Positions 32,701 to 46,100 of a DNA stretch of 64,000 nucleotides are shown in pieces (the stretch's first letter is position 1; every line of letters starts with the position of its first letter). The position numbers were made by a program, and so were the translations under genes. The notes under the pieces are model-generated. The model did not search any database. It had not been told where the DNA came from and was given only the letters and a program-made list of their open reading frames with translations. Origin of the DNA: Flectonema sp. DT1601 (lineage: Eukaryota); contig OZ025802.1 in the NCBI GenBank assembly GCA_964019425.1, forward strand, positions 434,001-498,000, read 5' to 3'.

Positions 32701-35700
32701 GTCAGATACCGCCTTTATAATATAATGAGTGTGTCCATCCTTTATTGGAAGGGTCAGGTTTATTTCTACTTTTTGTAAATCTTTCTCGTCGAGATTGTAC
32801 CTCGGGTCATTAACTTGCTTTGCTGTTACTAAAATGAACTCTTTGTGGTGGATCTTCATTCCTGTTGTTGGGTTGTTAGGAGAGTCGTAACTTTTTTTTT
32901 TATTTACAAATTAATAAAATGATAACAACATTAACATACCAGAACTATCCTCAACAAAGACATGGAATGGTTGAGAGTTACCATGGTGTTTGCTAGACCA
33001 CCTGAAGTAGAACAACAGCTCTACTTTAACTCTAATAATGGTCGCTGTAATTGGAGCAACTTCGTGTCTAATTTCAATCCAAGGAAACAACTGTACTAAC
33101 TCCTTAATGATTGGAGCGTATTTATAATTACGAATGAGAGCACCGATACTCTTCACGTCTTGTGATTGGAGTCGTGCGATGGTACACTTTTGATCTTCGA
33201 GTCTTCCACAAACAGTTCCAGGGATGTCACCGAATTGAATTATTTCAGGTTGAGAATACCAGGCACGTCTTTCAATCATCTTTGCGAGTTCCAGTAAGAC
33301 AGCGACGGATCTGTTTGTTGGTTTAAATTTTATTATTAAATCAAAAAAAGGTTAACACGAATAATATCTTAATCATACCTTGGACAACTTCTATACACAG
33401 CGATATCAAGAAGTGCTCTACAGATACGAGCAGCATTGTCAGCAACGTACTGCATATCGTTAGATAAAGAGAATGAGTATGGTGAATACTTTCCTATCCA
33501 TGCTTGAATTAGTGTTCTTGTTTTTACTTCTGAAGTAGACATGTCTTGGTCATCACCTGCAAGTAGACGACATTGTTCTTTCATAGACTTCGATTCAAGG
33601 ATACAATAGTTACCTCTAATGTCAGTTAGTTCTTGTGCTTCATCTTCTCTAACTTGTATTTGATCGAACTCTGAAGCCTTCGCAATTAGAGCCAACGCAT
33701 CACCGTGATCAACAATTGTTCTTCCATCTTCAAGTCTAAGAAAACCTTCTTCAAACCATCTCTTAATCGTCTCGTATTCAACGTAAAAGTGAGCAGCTAC
33801 TCTACCGAAGTGAGTTGCTCCATAGTTTTGTACTGTCGCTTCCTCATCAACGCGAACCATTCCTGTTTTGTAATAGTTTAAGTTGTGGTTTAGTTATAAA
33901 ACTAGAACTGACTTAACTAAAATAGAATAATTAACAATACCTGCTTCATCCAATAGATCGGTAGCAGCCTTGATCATCTTAAAACATGTGTTGCGAAGTT
34001 GAGGATCTTTCGCAAGTTGTTTTGGTGTAATTCCATAAGCTTGTGGATTCTTAACCATACGAACATTTAAGTAAGTAAATTTAAACCAGTTGTAGGCTTC
34101 TTCAGCTGATGTGATGGTGCCGAGAACGATCTCAGCGTTCAAGTGATCGACGAGTTTCGATTGAAGTTTACTTTCAATTGGAACTGCGTGTGACATACTG
34201 TGAACGTAATGAGGAAGTTTCTCATGAGATGTCAGAATAATACCAGTTCCAGATGTATCAAATTGAGGACGACCAGCACGACCGAAGATTTGCATCACAT
34301 CAAGAATAGAAATATCAGTCCAACCTCCCTTTGATGCATTGTAGACCTGTTGTTGATTTAATGAGTAGTGTTCTTTCTCACATAATAAATATAAATAATA
34401 AACATACCTGTGTACCGTGAATTACAACGGTGTGAGCTGGCAAGTTAACACCCCAGGCAAGTGTTGCTGTAGAGACCAAGACTTTAATATGACCGTCTGA
34501 AAACATTTGTTCAGCAAGTCTTCTAGCGTGTTTTAATAACCCAGCGTGGTGAATACCTAACGAAGATGGGAACAGATCTTGAAGCTGTTGACATTTACTG
34601 TTGTGGACCTGCTTGAAGGCGCGACCAGGTACCTTGTCTTGAGCGAATAAGTGCAACTTATTAGATTTCTGAGCTTCTTCTCTTAACATGCAGGCGACTT
34701 TGTAAGTCTTTGCTCTACTGTGACAGAAGACCATGCACTGCTTACCATTTTCTAAGGCTTCGCATATTTTGTCAAAACAGATCTTGTCGTAGAGCCATGT
34801 CTGGTCTCTGCTCTTAATCTCTTTCTCTGATTCATCGTTCTGTTTTTTTTTTTTTTTTTGTTATTTTACAATTCAATTCGAATTAAAGAGAGATAATTTT
34901 TATAATAATACGACATACCTTTTTAACTGTCGTCTTTATGTTACGAGACTTCTCTTTTACTCCGATGAATGTCTGTTTGAGAGGGACAGGACGGTAGGCG
35001 CTGTCGAATACGTAGAGTCCGCTGACGCGACTGGCTCCAATAAAGTCGCTGACATCTCTGTAGTTGGGAAGGGTGGCAGATAGTCCAACAATTCTAATCT
35101 GTCGTTGAGTTAGTTCTTGTTCTCGAAGCATTCTAGCGACTAGTACTTCGATGACTGGACCTCTGTCTTCATTCAGAAGATGAATCTCATCAAAGATAAG
35201 AAGGTTTGTCTTATCAACTAATGCTTCAGTCTTCTTTCTGGTTATAACATCCCACTTCTCAGGTGTTGTTATTATCAAATGTGATTCAGCCATTTCTCTT
35301 TTTGTTAATTGAGCGTCACCAGTACACTCCTTCACAACCATATTGTAAGGAGCGAGTTTCTTTGTGAAGTTGGTAACCATCTCTTGAGCGAGTGCTTTCA
35401 TTGGACAGATGTAAATCATTTTAAACTCTTCTTTCATTAAAGTTCCCTCAGGAGTTACATGTTTTGAGATCTCGTGAAGCATCGTCAGAAGAGCGCAAAC
35501 AGTTTTACCAGCACCAGTAGGGGCAGATATCAACATGTTCTCACCACTGTGGAAGGCGGTGTTAAAAACTTTACTTTGAACCTGATTGAGATGTGTTATT
35601 TGAGTTCCAAATGCGAGTTGTGCCCAAACTGGAAGATCAACAACAGCTACCAGGTCACGTTTTGCTACTTCCGGACGAGATGCCATCGGAACATCAATCT

Positions 35701-36505
35701 CATCATATCCTTTGTGTTTTTTATATTCAATTCCTGGAATTGACATCAGTGTTTGTTCAACTTCCATTGGACTGTACTTCCTCTCTGTGTGCATCAGTTC
35801 TTCACGTTGTTGTTTAATGCGAGTTTCTTTGTTTGCCAGACTTTTAAGGAAATCCTGTTGTTTCATTAACTCTTTAGTTCCTGACTTTTGTCTCATTCTG
35901 GCTTCGTCTTTTTGTTTTCTCTTTTCTTTGGCGCTTGTGATTCTCACTGTTGGACCGACCGCTGGCATTTTTGCTTCCTGTTCTGGTATGTCGCTGTATT
36001 GTTGAAAGTCTGACATGAGGTCAGCGTAGCATTGCATGCTTCCATTGACTACTGTTTGAACCACATCAATTCGTTCAGGTCCTAAAAGTTCAAATAGTTC
36101 TTCTTGGAGTTTGATTTCAGTAGTCGCGTCTTTCTTAGATCTGACAATCGCACTGACTACAAGTTGTTGAACGTCATCACCCATCGTACGAATAACATTA
36201 CAGGCTCTTATTATATCATCACTTGATATTCCTCCTGAAGTACCTCCGTATTGTTGTTGTTGCTGTTGAGCTTGTTTTGCTCTTACAGCTGATTCGTATT
36301 CTTGTCTACCAGTAGCTCTTCGAGTCTTGTAATCTTCAGGTTGTAAACCATCAATCTTACCTCCCGTGTCAGTCCTTCTAACAGCGTATGTTCTTCCTAT
36401 CTCACCCTCGTCTCTAAAATCATTAATTTGAAGAGCACCATCTTTACTCACACCTAATATCTCAGGCAGGTCTGGACAGATGCCACGAAGCCATGCCTCA
36501 GCCAT
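29788..36505 (-). CDS. ASCC3: ASCC3/Slh1-like Ski2-family helicase with two helicase-Sec63 cassettes; 8 exons
   Basis: APTGAGKT/DEIH and APTGSGKT/DEIH; YCPRMATMNKP, SSRRQTRLT, ELPVRHNEDKLN, RFPKPKDEQWW. Phase-consistent introns 34840-34918, 34347-34407, 33863-33940, 33311-33378, 32862-32939, 30940-31010, 30260-30347. Confidence 0.9.
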
Positions 36506-37139
36506 TTGTCTTTCCCTTTATTCTCTGATGTTAAATAAATCGATTAATCAATACGTTGTTTTGGGTTGCTTTTTTTTTTTTTTTTTTTTTTTTGATATAA
36601 TAGAAAAAGCTCATAGTCATGTACTGCAAGTGGGGGAAGCTAATAGCGTCAAACAAACAGAACTACTTTATTCTGAACAGGTGCTAAAATATCAGAACTT
36701 TTCTTTTTATTTATTTCCCCCTTTTTTTTTGTTATTTCCTTCTATTATTTTCATTAAGAACGGATCCTGTTAAGTTTTTTTTTTTTTTTTTTGGTGGGAA
36801 TTTTTGGGAATTTTTTTGCATAAATCGCACAGTAACAAGATAATCTGCATGCACACCTTTTGTTCAAAGGTAAGCGATTTCTTGCATTGTAAAGGGGGTA
36901 GTGTCTATTTCTTCTATCAATACTTAAGGGGGGAAAGGGGAAAAGGGAACAAGGATTGTTTTCGTATTTTTCTATTGACTGGCTACTCGCCTATCATTAT
37001 TTTCAAGTAAAGTCAGCTGTATGGTCTGACGATTATCGCTTTATACCTTTCAAGGTAATATGTCTGGTCTGGCGTACCAGATAAGGCCAATGAATGGCAC
37101 TATTGTAACATCAGATAGACTGCTCAGTGATGTTATATT

Positions 37140-39695
37140 TTACATTCCGGGTAAGTCATCGTCGTCTAGTTCGTCGTCATCTTCGTCTTTCTTACTCTTT
37201 TTTCGAACTTCGGCATTTAAGGCATCCTGTGTTGGTGTTTTAAAGTCGTATGCTACTGCTGTATAATGCGAAATAAATTTATACAAATTCATACCTTGTC
37301 GGGTTCATTCTCAACCGCAGCAACATCTGCAGCATGTCGGGAAGTAGTAGCAGCGGGTTTATCAGGTTGCTGATTGTCACCATAAGCAGCCTGTCCCTGA
37401 CCTGCTGCTGGACTGTATATATGAGCGTCATGGCTGCCACTGCGTTTTTCAAGTTTTGCAAGCACCTGTTTTTTTAGTGTTTATGATGTCTGTGCGAGAC
37501 TCTTACTGTGACTTGTTAGAAAACTAAATAATAAAAAAACAAACCTTGTGATAAGCAACTGCTTCATCAGTGAGCCCCATTTCCTTACAAAGGTGAACAA
37601 GGTATCTCGGGCACTCGACGTTATCTGGATGTTTTCTGTGGATTTCTTCGTACATCTTTTTAGCTTGAGGGAAAGCTCCAATTCTTCGGTAGCAGGAAGC
37701 GACAAGTAGCTGCCACTTTACTTCGTTTGGCTGAATTTGTGAGGCGCGTTCAAAATATTTCATAGCCTTTTCATAAACTTCGTTCTTAACAAAGTAAGCA
37801 CCCAACCAATTAATGACTTCCATGTTAACAGGGAAGTAACGATAGGCTTCAAGATGGTAATGGAAGGCTTGACTCTCATCTTCTTCTTTAGCGTAGATTG
37901 TTCCAAGACGGGCGAGGATTGCTGGATCGATAGGAACTTTACGAAACCATTCAACAGACATATCGTGTCTTCCAATTAGATCGTAAAGGTTAGCAAGCTG
38001 ATAAATAACTTCAACAGAATCAACCATCGTTTGTAATCTTTTAAATACTCGTAAAGCTTCTTCGTGTTGATGAAGAGCTTTGTTAGCCAATCCTAAATTA
38101 TACAAAGCTTCAACACAATCAGCTTCAACTGATAAGGATTCTAAGTAGAATTCTTTAGCCTTTTCGTAGTCTCCTTTACTGTATAAGAAGTTTCCTTTAT
38201 TTACTAGTGCTCTTGCGTTGTATTTGTCAGCATCGATAGACATGTCGGCGTATTGCTCTCCGTTTTCCAAGTCTCCTTCCAAGAAGTAAAGATATGAAAG
38301 ATTACATGCCGCACGTGCTTTTAAAACTTTGTCTTTCTTTTCGAATGCCTTCAGACATTCGATAGCCTGATTGTACTTTTGATGCTTCAAGTATTGCAAT
38401 GCCCTGCACATTTCCATTTCAGATGCAAGACGTGAGTTTGACTGCTCGCTTACTCGGCTTTGTTTAAAGCTAGATACGACAAAGTCATAACCTTTTTCCC
38501 AATCAACTTCTACTAATGGTGCAATAAGACGACCTGCAGTAAGGATTAGTTGAGTGTGTTGTTTTCTTCTTGCTTTTAAATCTGAGAGAAGACCATCATC
38601 AGCGAGGACTTCTTTGTCATCGTGTTCGGGATCTTCTTCATCTTCATCGTCTGTTGCTCCAGCCATTTTAATTTGAAGTAATTTTTGAAATTGTCTTTTC
38701 AACCTATCCTTGTCTCTCAACACATAGTAGCACAACAGTAAATTAAAACCAGTTTGCATGTCTGGAATCTCTTTCATGATTGCTTCGTAGTGATTTATAG
38801 CATCTTGATACTGTCCCATTTTCACATATGCATTTGCAATGTTTCGAGTTATCTTAAAGCGAAGTTCCTTTCCAGTAGGTGGGACTTGATCGAGGGCAGT
38901 CTTGTATAACTTGATTGCGTATGTGTATTTCTTTTGTTCATAGTATATATTTCCCATGTTCACCCGAAGCCTTCCCGACTGAGCATACTGTTTATTACGA
39001 ACAATAAGAGTGTAGGTATTTATTGCTTCCGTGTAATTCTGAGAATTGTGATACTGAACGGCTAAATTAAAATGAACTGAGTAGGTCAGATCGATGTTGA
39101 TTTGATCACCCAGCCCAAGCTTCTCTCGCTCTTTGCAGAGCCAGCGTTCTTTTTTCCCCGCCTCAATAGCCTTTTCAAGTGCCAGAGGATAGTCTTTTTG
39201 TAGAGCAATCATTGCACTTTCTTCAATGAGACTGTTGACCTTTTTCTCTATTTCGAGACATTGTTCTTCAGGACTGTTATCACTTCTCTTTTGAAGAGGT
39301 AGTGCCTGACCCATACTATGTCCCTGATTTAGGGGATCAAATCCACTTTGAGGAGCTTGTTTTGATTGGTATCCTGAAGCTCTATTTGAGGTCATCGGTC
39401 TGGCGTCCATTGTTCTCAACATACTTCCTGATTGAGTTCCTGGTGCTCCCCCCCATCCACCGACTCCTGTATTTCCCCAATTACCACCTTGTGAACTTGG
39501 AGGAGGACGTTGCATTGACTGCTGTCCTGCACCAAAACCTCCATAGTTACTCCCTGGTGTTCCAACCAGAGGGTTTGGGACAGGGGCAGGTTGGTTACTA
39601 AATCCTTGATATAATGAATCCTCCTCTCGAGGAGCACCACTGTCTCCCCATCCACTTCCAGCACCGAAGCCGCCAATCGGATTGTTGTCAACCAT
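37140..39695 (-). CDS. IFT88: Intraflagellar transport protein 88 (TPR protein); 3 exons
   Basis: ARPMTSNRASGY, NIDLTYSVHFNLA, GRLRVNMGNIY, YNARALVNKGN, KWQLLVASCYRRIG. Introns 37466-37544 and 37227-37294 give C-terminus DDDDLPGM*. Confidence 0.95.
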
Positions 39696-40343
39696 TTTAG
39701 TGAGCAACAACACTTTATGAAAGAAATTATATTTAATACGATCACCTGTCGTAGATATTATTATCAAATAATTTAAGATTACATTAGATTTATTGGGCTG
39801 AGTACCAATCACTCGAAACCCCATTTCTTCTGTTGCTGTCATTAGTAAAGATAAACAACAATCACAATACTACTAATTGTATTTGAGGGCGCTCCTTGGT
39901 AAGCACACATGCAATCATGTGCCTGTCCTTTGAAGTCTCCTCACTCTACGAATGATGTTCGTTTCTTTGTTTTCTTGGACTTGTGTTGGTGAACGTTGTA
40001 TGCAGAACAAAAGCAATGAAAAGGAAAAAAAAAAAGTTCACGATTTCTGAAAGTCCAGGACTTTAAAGGCTGAAGAGAGCACAAAATAAAAAAAGTTACC
40101 AACAGTCACTCTTGTTTCCGTTTTTAGTGCGATGTGAGTAGACTCAGCTCAACGTACAGTAAAAACAAAATTCGAGTTATTTGACTCCGTTGGATAATTT
40201 AGTGGGAAAGACTGGTCAAGACTTTCATATCGTCCTGACTTAATATAATTAATTAAATTATATTAAACAAAACACTAGTAGTGTTATGGTTTAGCCTTGA
40301 TTTGATTTCTGGTCATGAAGAAAATAATTGAAGTTAGGGATAG

Positions 40344-40465
40344 TTAGCAAGCCCAGAACTGATGACTGCTGGGGGTCTGGATAACCCGCACCAGTAGAGG
40401 ACGCAATCAGGGGATAGTGTTTTTATAGCTTTGGCTAGAAAGATCAATTCCCAGCTGTCCGCCTT
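40344..40465. repeat. Structured dispersed repeat, copy 1 (diverged, partial)
   Basis: AACTGATGACT..GGGGGTCTGG..CCCGCACCAGT..GATC..CCCAGCT similar to 40475-40610 and 48141-48293. Confidence 0.7.
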
Positions 40466-40474
40466 AGTTAGTAG

Positions 40475-40610
40475 AGCAAAATACAGAACTGATGTCTAAG
40501 GGTTTGGGTAGCCCGCATCAGTAAGTACCCAATCGTTTTATAGCTTCGGTTGGTAGTGATCGACTCCCAGCTCCCACCTTGCCCAGAGGCTAACAGGTTG
40601 AAAACAACTA
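40475..40610. repeat. Structured dispersed repeat, copy 2
   Basis: Shares GCCCGCATCAGTAAG.ACCCAATCG and CCACCTTGCCCAGAGGCTAACAGGTTG with 48141-48293. Confidence 0.85.
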
Positions 40611-40955
40611 AAGAAAATAAAAGAGTAATGATCTGGGAGTGGGAGGGGAAGGTGAAAAATAAAAAAACCCTTTTTTATTCTATGTACAGCATCTTTCTTT
40701 ATTATGTGCCAAATGCCCACATACTACGAAAGAAAATAGAAACCCCCAGTACCGAGGATCGTTCACCCCCAGTTGTCCAAAGCATTATCATTGTACTGTG
40801 GGCTTACCGAAAGCTTTATAACAGCATCTCAAAAATTGGGCAGCACACAGCCATATCACTCAGCAAGAAATGAAAACAAAAGGATTGGGAAAGATGACAG
40901 TCAGTTTATAGTCATAGCTGCAACGGACCTTTCTAGAGGTCAAACCAACAAATTG

Positions 40956-40987
<32 letters not shown>

Positions 40988-42018
40988 AAGGAAACAACTC
41001 CGGGGAGTAATAAATATTAATTTATCTTTTCTACTCACATGAAATAATCACACGTGTCTAAACTCCCATTCCATAACACACCCTCATTGATATCGCAAGA
41101 AGTACCACAAATTTAGGGCAACACAAATAACTATACCAATCTGTAAGGAACGTAATTAAAGGAAACTCAACTGAGACAGCTAGTTTTAGGTCTTAACTAT
41201 TTCGGACCATAAAGGGGTATCAAGTTACTTACAAGTAGAGAGTCACTCTAATTTAACTTCATAAAGTAAAGAGGTTTAAAAAGAGTTCCATAGTCAGGCT
41301 TGCAAAAAACACAACAAAACAAATAAAAATTAGAAGAAAAAAAAAGGACAAGTTCAGATCATGAGGGCATCGCGATTGAAAAAATTGCATCAATACGACG
41401 ATTGACTCGGTCAGAGTTCCACTATTCAAATATGTGTCCGACGGTAGTCAGATATGAACTGTTAGTAAGTATTCACAGTTCGTATTGAAGTAGTTAATTA
41501 TTCATTTAAATCATTAATCCGTTATCAGTTGTACTGTTGGATCTGACGTTGAAATTGGAGTTTCCTCGAGTAAGTGATCGCAGTTAAGGGTAAAAAGAAA
41601 AATTTTAAAGTAAGAAAGAAGGTTTAACAAAGTCACTCACCAAATGCCTAACAACAGTTGGCATGTATAAAGTAACATTATCATAGAAATGAATTAATAA
41701 AAGGCACTTGTGGAAAATCCACAAGATTCATATGGCTATATAAAAGCAGCATTTCTTTTTGCTGCTTTTGAAATAGTCACTTGTTGAACGATACTTTTGG
41801 GAGAGATTAAAAAAAAAAACTTTAAGTGACTATTCACTAAAAAAAAAAAAAAACTTACATTAAATAACAGTAATTCCAAACATTGAATAACTGTTTTATT
41901 TATTCTTGACGATCTGATTTGGTTGGTGGAACACTATTCAGTAGATTGCCAATGATGGGCAGCAGTAACCTCTAGTAAGGAATGTAAGGTTCAGCTCCCG
42001 TAGTGACCACCAACAGCT

Positions 42019-42696
42019 TTAATTGACTAGATGAGTCTTTTTAAGTAGATTTTCAGCAACGATACGAACGCTTGTATCTGGACATAGTACCGTATGCGAT
42101 ATCACTCCTGTTCTCTCAAGAGATGATAAAACTATCGTTCCAGGACATCGTGATGATGGACGAAAGAGACTTCTCTGACCAGTAGATTCAAAAACAGAAG
42201 CCACCGAACTACTTGTAGTCCCCAACACTAATAAATTGTGTGATGTCAGCCACGCTATTTCACAACACAATTCCAATATTGTTAACACATCAAATTGTCG
42301 AAGTATTTTCTGAAGTATTTCCTCATCAACATCATCAGAAGCAGAAGTTAAATATCTAAAATATTGAAGGAAGACACTCGTTGATGGATTTTCATTAATA
42401 ATTCTACTCCAACTTAATGAATTCGTTTTTGAAACATTCTTCACAACTGTGACGGATATTACTAAAGTTTCTGAAACATCTTTGATGACTTCACTCCATC
42501 CTTCTTCATTTGTTATAATTGTCTTGTCGTTGAAACAGTTTTTATATTCGATTTTAACGTATTCTCTGCTATTCTCACCAATCCAGTTACATAAAATTTT
42601 CCTAACTTCTTTCAGACTCTCAGGTAACGGAATTCTTCGAACTTGTCGAGCCCCGTCTGGATGTATAAATATCTTTAACCTCGCTGAGGATACCAT
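42019..42696 (-). CDS. Small protein with PB1-like N-terminus and SH2-like C-terminus
   Basis: RQVRRIPLP..KIEYKNCFNDKTIITNEEGW (PB1-like); SLFRPSSRCPGTIVLS..GVISHTVL (SH2-like). Confidence 0.55.
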   Translation of the reverse strand: MVSSARLKIFIHPDGARQVRRIPLPESLKEVRKILCNWIGENSREYVKIEYKNCFNDKTIITNEEGWSEVIKDVSETLVISVTVVKNVSKTNSLSWSRIINENPSTSVFLQYFRYLTSASDDVDEEILQKILRQFDVLTILELCCEIAWLTSHNLLVLGTTSSSVASVFESTGQRSLFRPSSRCPGTIVLSSLERTGVISHTVLCPDTSVRIVAENLLKKTHLVN

Positions 42697-43166
42697 TTGT
42701 GCATAACGTACTATAAATAAAATTAATAAAATTAAAGAAAAAGATAAGATTAAAGACGTCTATTAGTTAGTATTAATAATTATCAGTCAATCAAAAAAAA
42801 AAAAAAAGCAAAATTTCGTAGGACAACAAACAAGTTGGTTTCGGGCTAAGATTAAAAACAATCTTTCTTCGGACTATTCCCCTTACCTAACTCTAATACG
42901 AAGTGTTATAAAGGGAAATATATTTTTGTCTTATTTGCTAAGCCTCTCAATCAGATGATTCAAAAACTCCTGTCAGATGAGAAAAATAAATTAATTCAAC
43001 TTCTTCGAACTTTTATAATAGAAAAGAAGAACAAAAATTGAAGTTTCCATAACAATCTAAATGGGTGTCTATGTGCTCTAACTGTTTTGAGAGAGAAACG
43101 GGACAGGCCGCAGCTTGTTGTCTCAAAACGTTTGTGGAAAAGTAACCAAAAAGAAAAAAAAAAGAA

Positions 43167-46100
43167 TTATAACTCGGTGCGTAACACTGCTGCCGGATGT
43201 ATATACGCCAACATCTGTGTCGCCATTTCCCGACTGTTTGGCCACAAGCTGGGAAGTTTATTTCCGTTTGGCATCTCGGTAGAACTGGGAGCCTGGCTTT
43301 CAGAAACCAACGAATCGATAATAAATTGACGAGATTGTCTAAACTGCTGATGAAGTCTCTGAATAGCAGTAGCAGAAGGTTGGTATACTAAAGAAGGAAG
43401 AGATAACGATAATAAGATAACTTCCCTAAGTCGTCTATTAATAGGTTTTACTGCTGGTGTCGTTAATGTTATTCTTTGAATTCCAACAACAAACATCTCG
43501 TGAAGATCTCTGTAGCCGACCATGTTGCTGGGTTGGTTTATTACTTTACCATTGCCTTCGAGAATGTTTTTTAATTCTATTGAAGCCGCTCGTAGACCAT
43601 CACACATATACGTAGCGAGTCCTTGAAGTAATCTTTGAATCTCATAACGTAGAAATGATAAACCAGTCAAACCACCAGTAACACTACCTCGATGAGCAGC
43701 TCTGCATGCCCTCAGTACTGTTGTTGCAACTTTCACAGATGATCTCAATGCAAGAAGCATTCTGTGAGCATTTTTATATACCCTGTTTGGTTTTGGTTGG
43801 TTTGGTTGTTATTATTATAAAAGTTACGTAATCACAAAAGAAGGTAAAAAATATCACCACAATCATACCTAAGGTGAGGCTCTGTAATAATATGTTGAAT
43901 CCTTTCTGTTGGGAGATATGACATTTGAACATAATCTTCTGCGAACTCACTTCTAGTGGATCTCGAAGTGCTACTGGTTGAGAGGATGTCATCAAATATA
44001 GAAACTGAGAAGCAAGAAGCAAAATCAGAACAATCTGTTGTACCGATACCGGGAAAAGCTAATGAAGTTCGAACCCGTCTCAGTGCAAGTTGTATATTAC
44101 TTGTTGCAGATGCTATCGATGTAGTCCCAGAAGCAACGCTGTCAATAATTCTTGAAATCTCAGCAGAAAGTAAACTATCCAATGCTAAGTAAACACATTG
44201 TAATATAGCCAAGTGATCCTTCAGTCTACCAGCTGTTAATATCACACTCTGTACTGCTGATGTCACTTGACTTTGTTGACAAATAATTGCCCTGCCAACA
44301 GTACATTCAAGACCAACAGTAACAGGTACATCACAGTTTAAATAAACTGGTGCCAACTCTTCAGGATGTACAGGAGGTGTTCCCTTCCATGATGAAGTGA
44401 GTGTTTTAACTACTTGTGAATCTCTTGATATCTTATGAGGACTTTGGACTTTTGAAGATTCTTCCCTCGGAGGTGATGTGTGACTCGTTATTTTTTCATA
44501 AAGCTGCTTCAATTGTTGAACGCTGTTGAATCCTTTATTACTTTCTTTCATTGATGTCACTTCTAAAGTAATCCCATCAGGTATTGTAAAGTTTACTAAT
44601 CTTGGTGGTGAGACTGAAACAGATTGGTTTGGAATCGAATGCTTCAGTTTCGTCTTTGCCTCAGCTGCTGCATATCTCATATCTTCCGGTTGTGTAGGGT
44701 CTTCATACTCTTGTGTGACTGTTTCTATATCAGTTTCAATATGATCTTTGATTTGAATATTAATAAAGTCAGGAATAGTTTTCATACTTCCCAAAGCAAA
44801 AGGAATATTATAATAAGGAATGCAACGTTGTTTAGCTCTTCTTCCTTGTGATCCACTCCAGATGACACGTTTTCTCTTTGGTCCTTCTCCTACTCGAGGT
44901 TGAAGCTCACGGAGAAGTTCTCTACGTTCATCATTTGATAATCTCTGAGTTGATTTCTTTGCTGTGTATCGAACACGTCGTCGTGTTGGTTGATCTGAGG
45001 AAGGGATTCCAAAGATACGAGTTTTTGTATCATCCTCTGAAGCTCTAGTTCTCAGACTTTCCTGTCGTTGAACACTACTCACATTGAGAGGTGGTGTTGG
45101 TATCACAACTGCAGGAGATGGAAGTGGAACAACAACATCTATTACATCCTTATCATCACTGACTGACTCCTTAACAGGACTACTACTCTCGTCTATCATC
45201 ATTGGTGTTTGAGATGAGGATGGATCACTCCAGACATCTTGCATTAATAATTCGATTCGTTTTGTGTTTAGTGCCCTTCGTCTATTCAGCCAATGTTGTC
45301 TTTTACTAATTCCACCAAGTTCAGTGATTCTCTGGTCAAGAGTTTTCATCTTAGCAGCGTATTCCATTTTCACAATTTCAGCGACCCTTTCAATTTCTGA
45401 TTTACTGAATCGAGTGTCTTCACCCAGCGGTGATGAAGGCATAGCTTTCGGGTCTTTGTTTTCCATTTCAACATCTGCTTTAAGGCTTTTATAGTGTGCT
45501 TTCGTAGCTTCCCTTTTCTTTTGTTCTTCCCTATCCCTTTGCATTTTTCGATAGTGCAAAGACCCAGGCCACTCGTCAGGAATGATCTTTCGTTGGTTTA
45601 ACTCTTTGAGGGCTTGTTTTTGTTTTAGCTGAGCAGCTTTTTCACGGATAGCAAGACGCTGCTGGCGATCATGGGCGGCAGACTTTCGGGCTTTCAGAAC
45701 AGCGTCGAGGGATGAGGCGAGTTCGACTGCTCCTTTTACAGTTAGTCGGATCCCGAGAAGAAGAGGAGCAGTGAGTCCGGGTTCTGAAGTAGTTGTTGAT
45801 TTTTGAATTACCTTATGAAGTAAGCTAACTGACCCTTTCTGTCGATAAAGAACACCACCGTACTCTGGTGTAAGAACTTGTGATTCACTAGAATCTCTAG
45901 CAGTTGCTAACATAACACTGTGATGTGGAATGATATTCTTAACATCTGACACTGAGCATCCCGTACTACTTATTGCTACTTCATATTTTAAAAGGAATTC
46001 TGGAATGCGAACACCTTCCCATATAAGCCTTCCATCAGTTTGTAGATGCAACCCTGGGTTACCCCCATGCATAAATAACATGATAGCATACAACAGCGGC

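Noticed and set aside
29788..36505. Brr2/SNRNP200 identity, or pseudogene fragments
   Set aside because: The second cassette has intact GKT/DEIH and ASCC3-type motifs; all breaks are phase-consistent introns.
41742..41834. Inverted repeats AAAAGCAGC/GCTGCTTTT and AATAGTCACTT/AAGTGACTATT as a MITE
   Set aside because: Short, no TSD, no second copy in the window.
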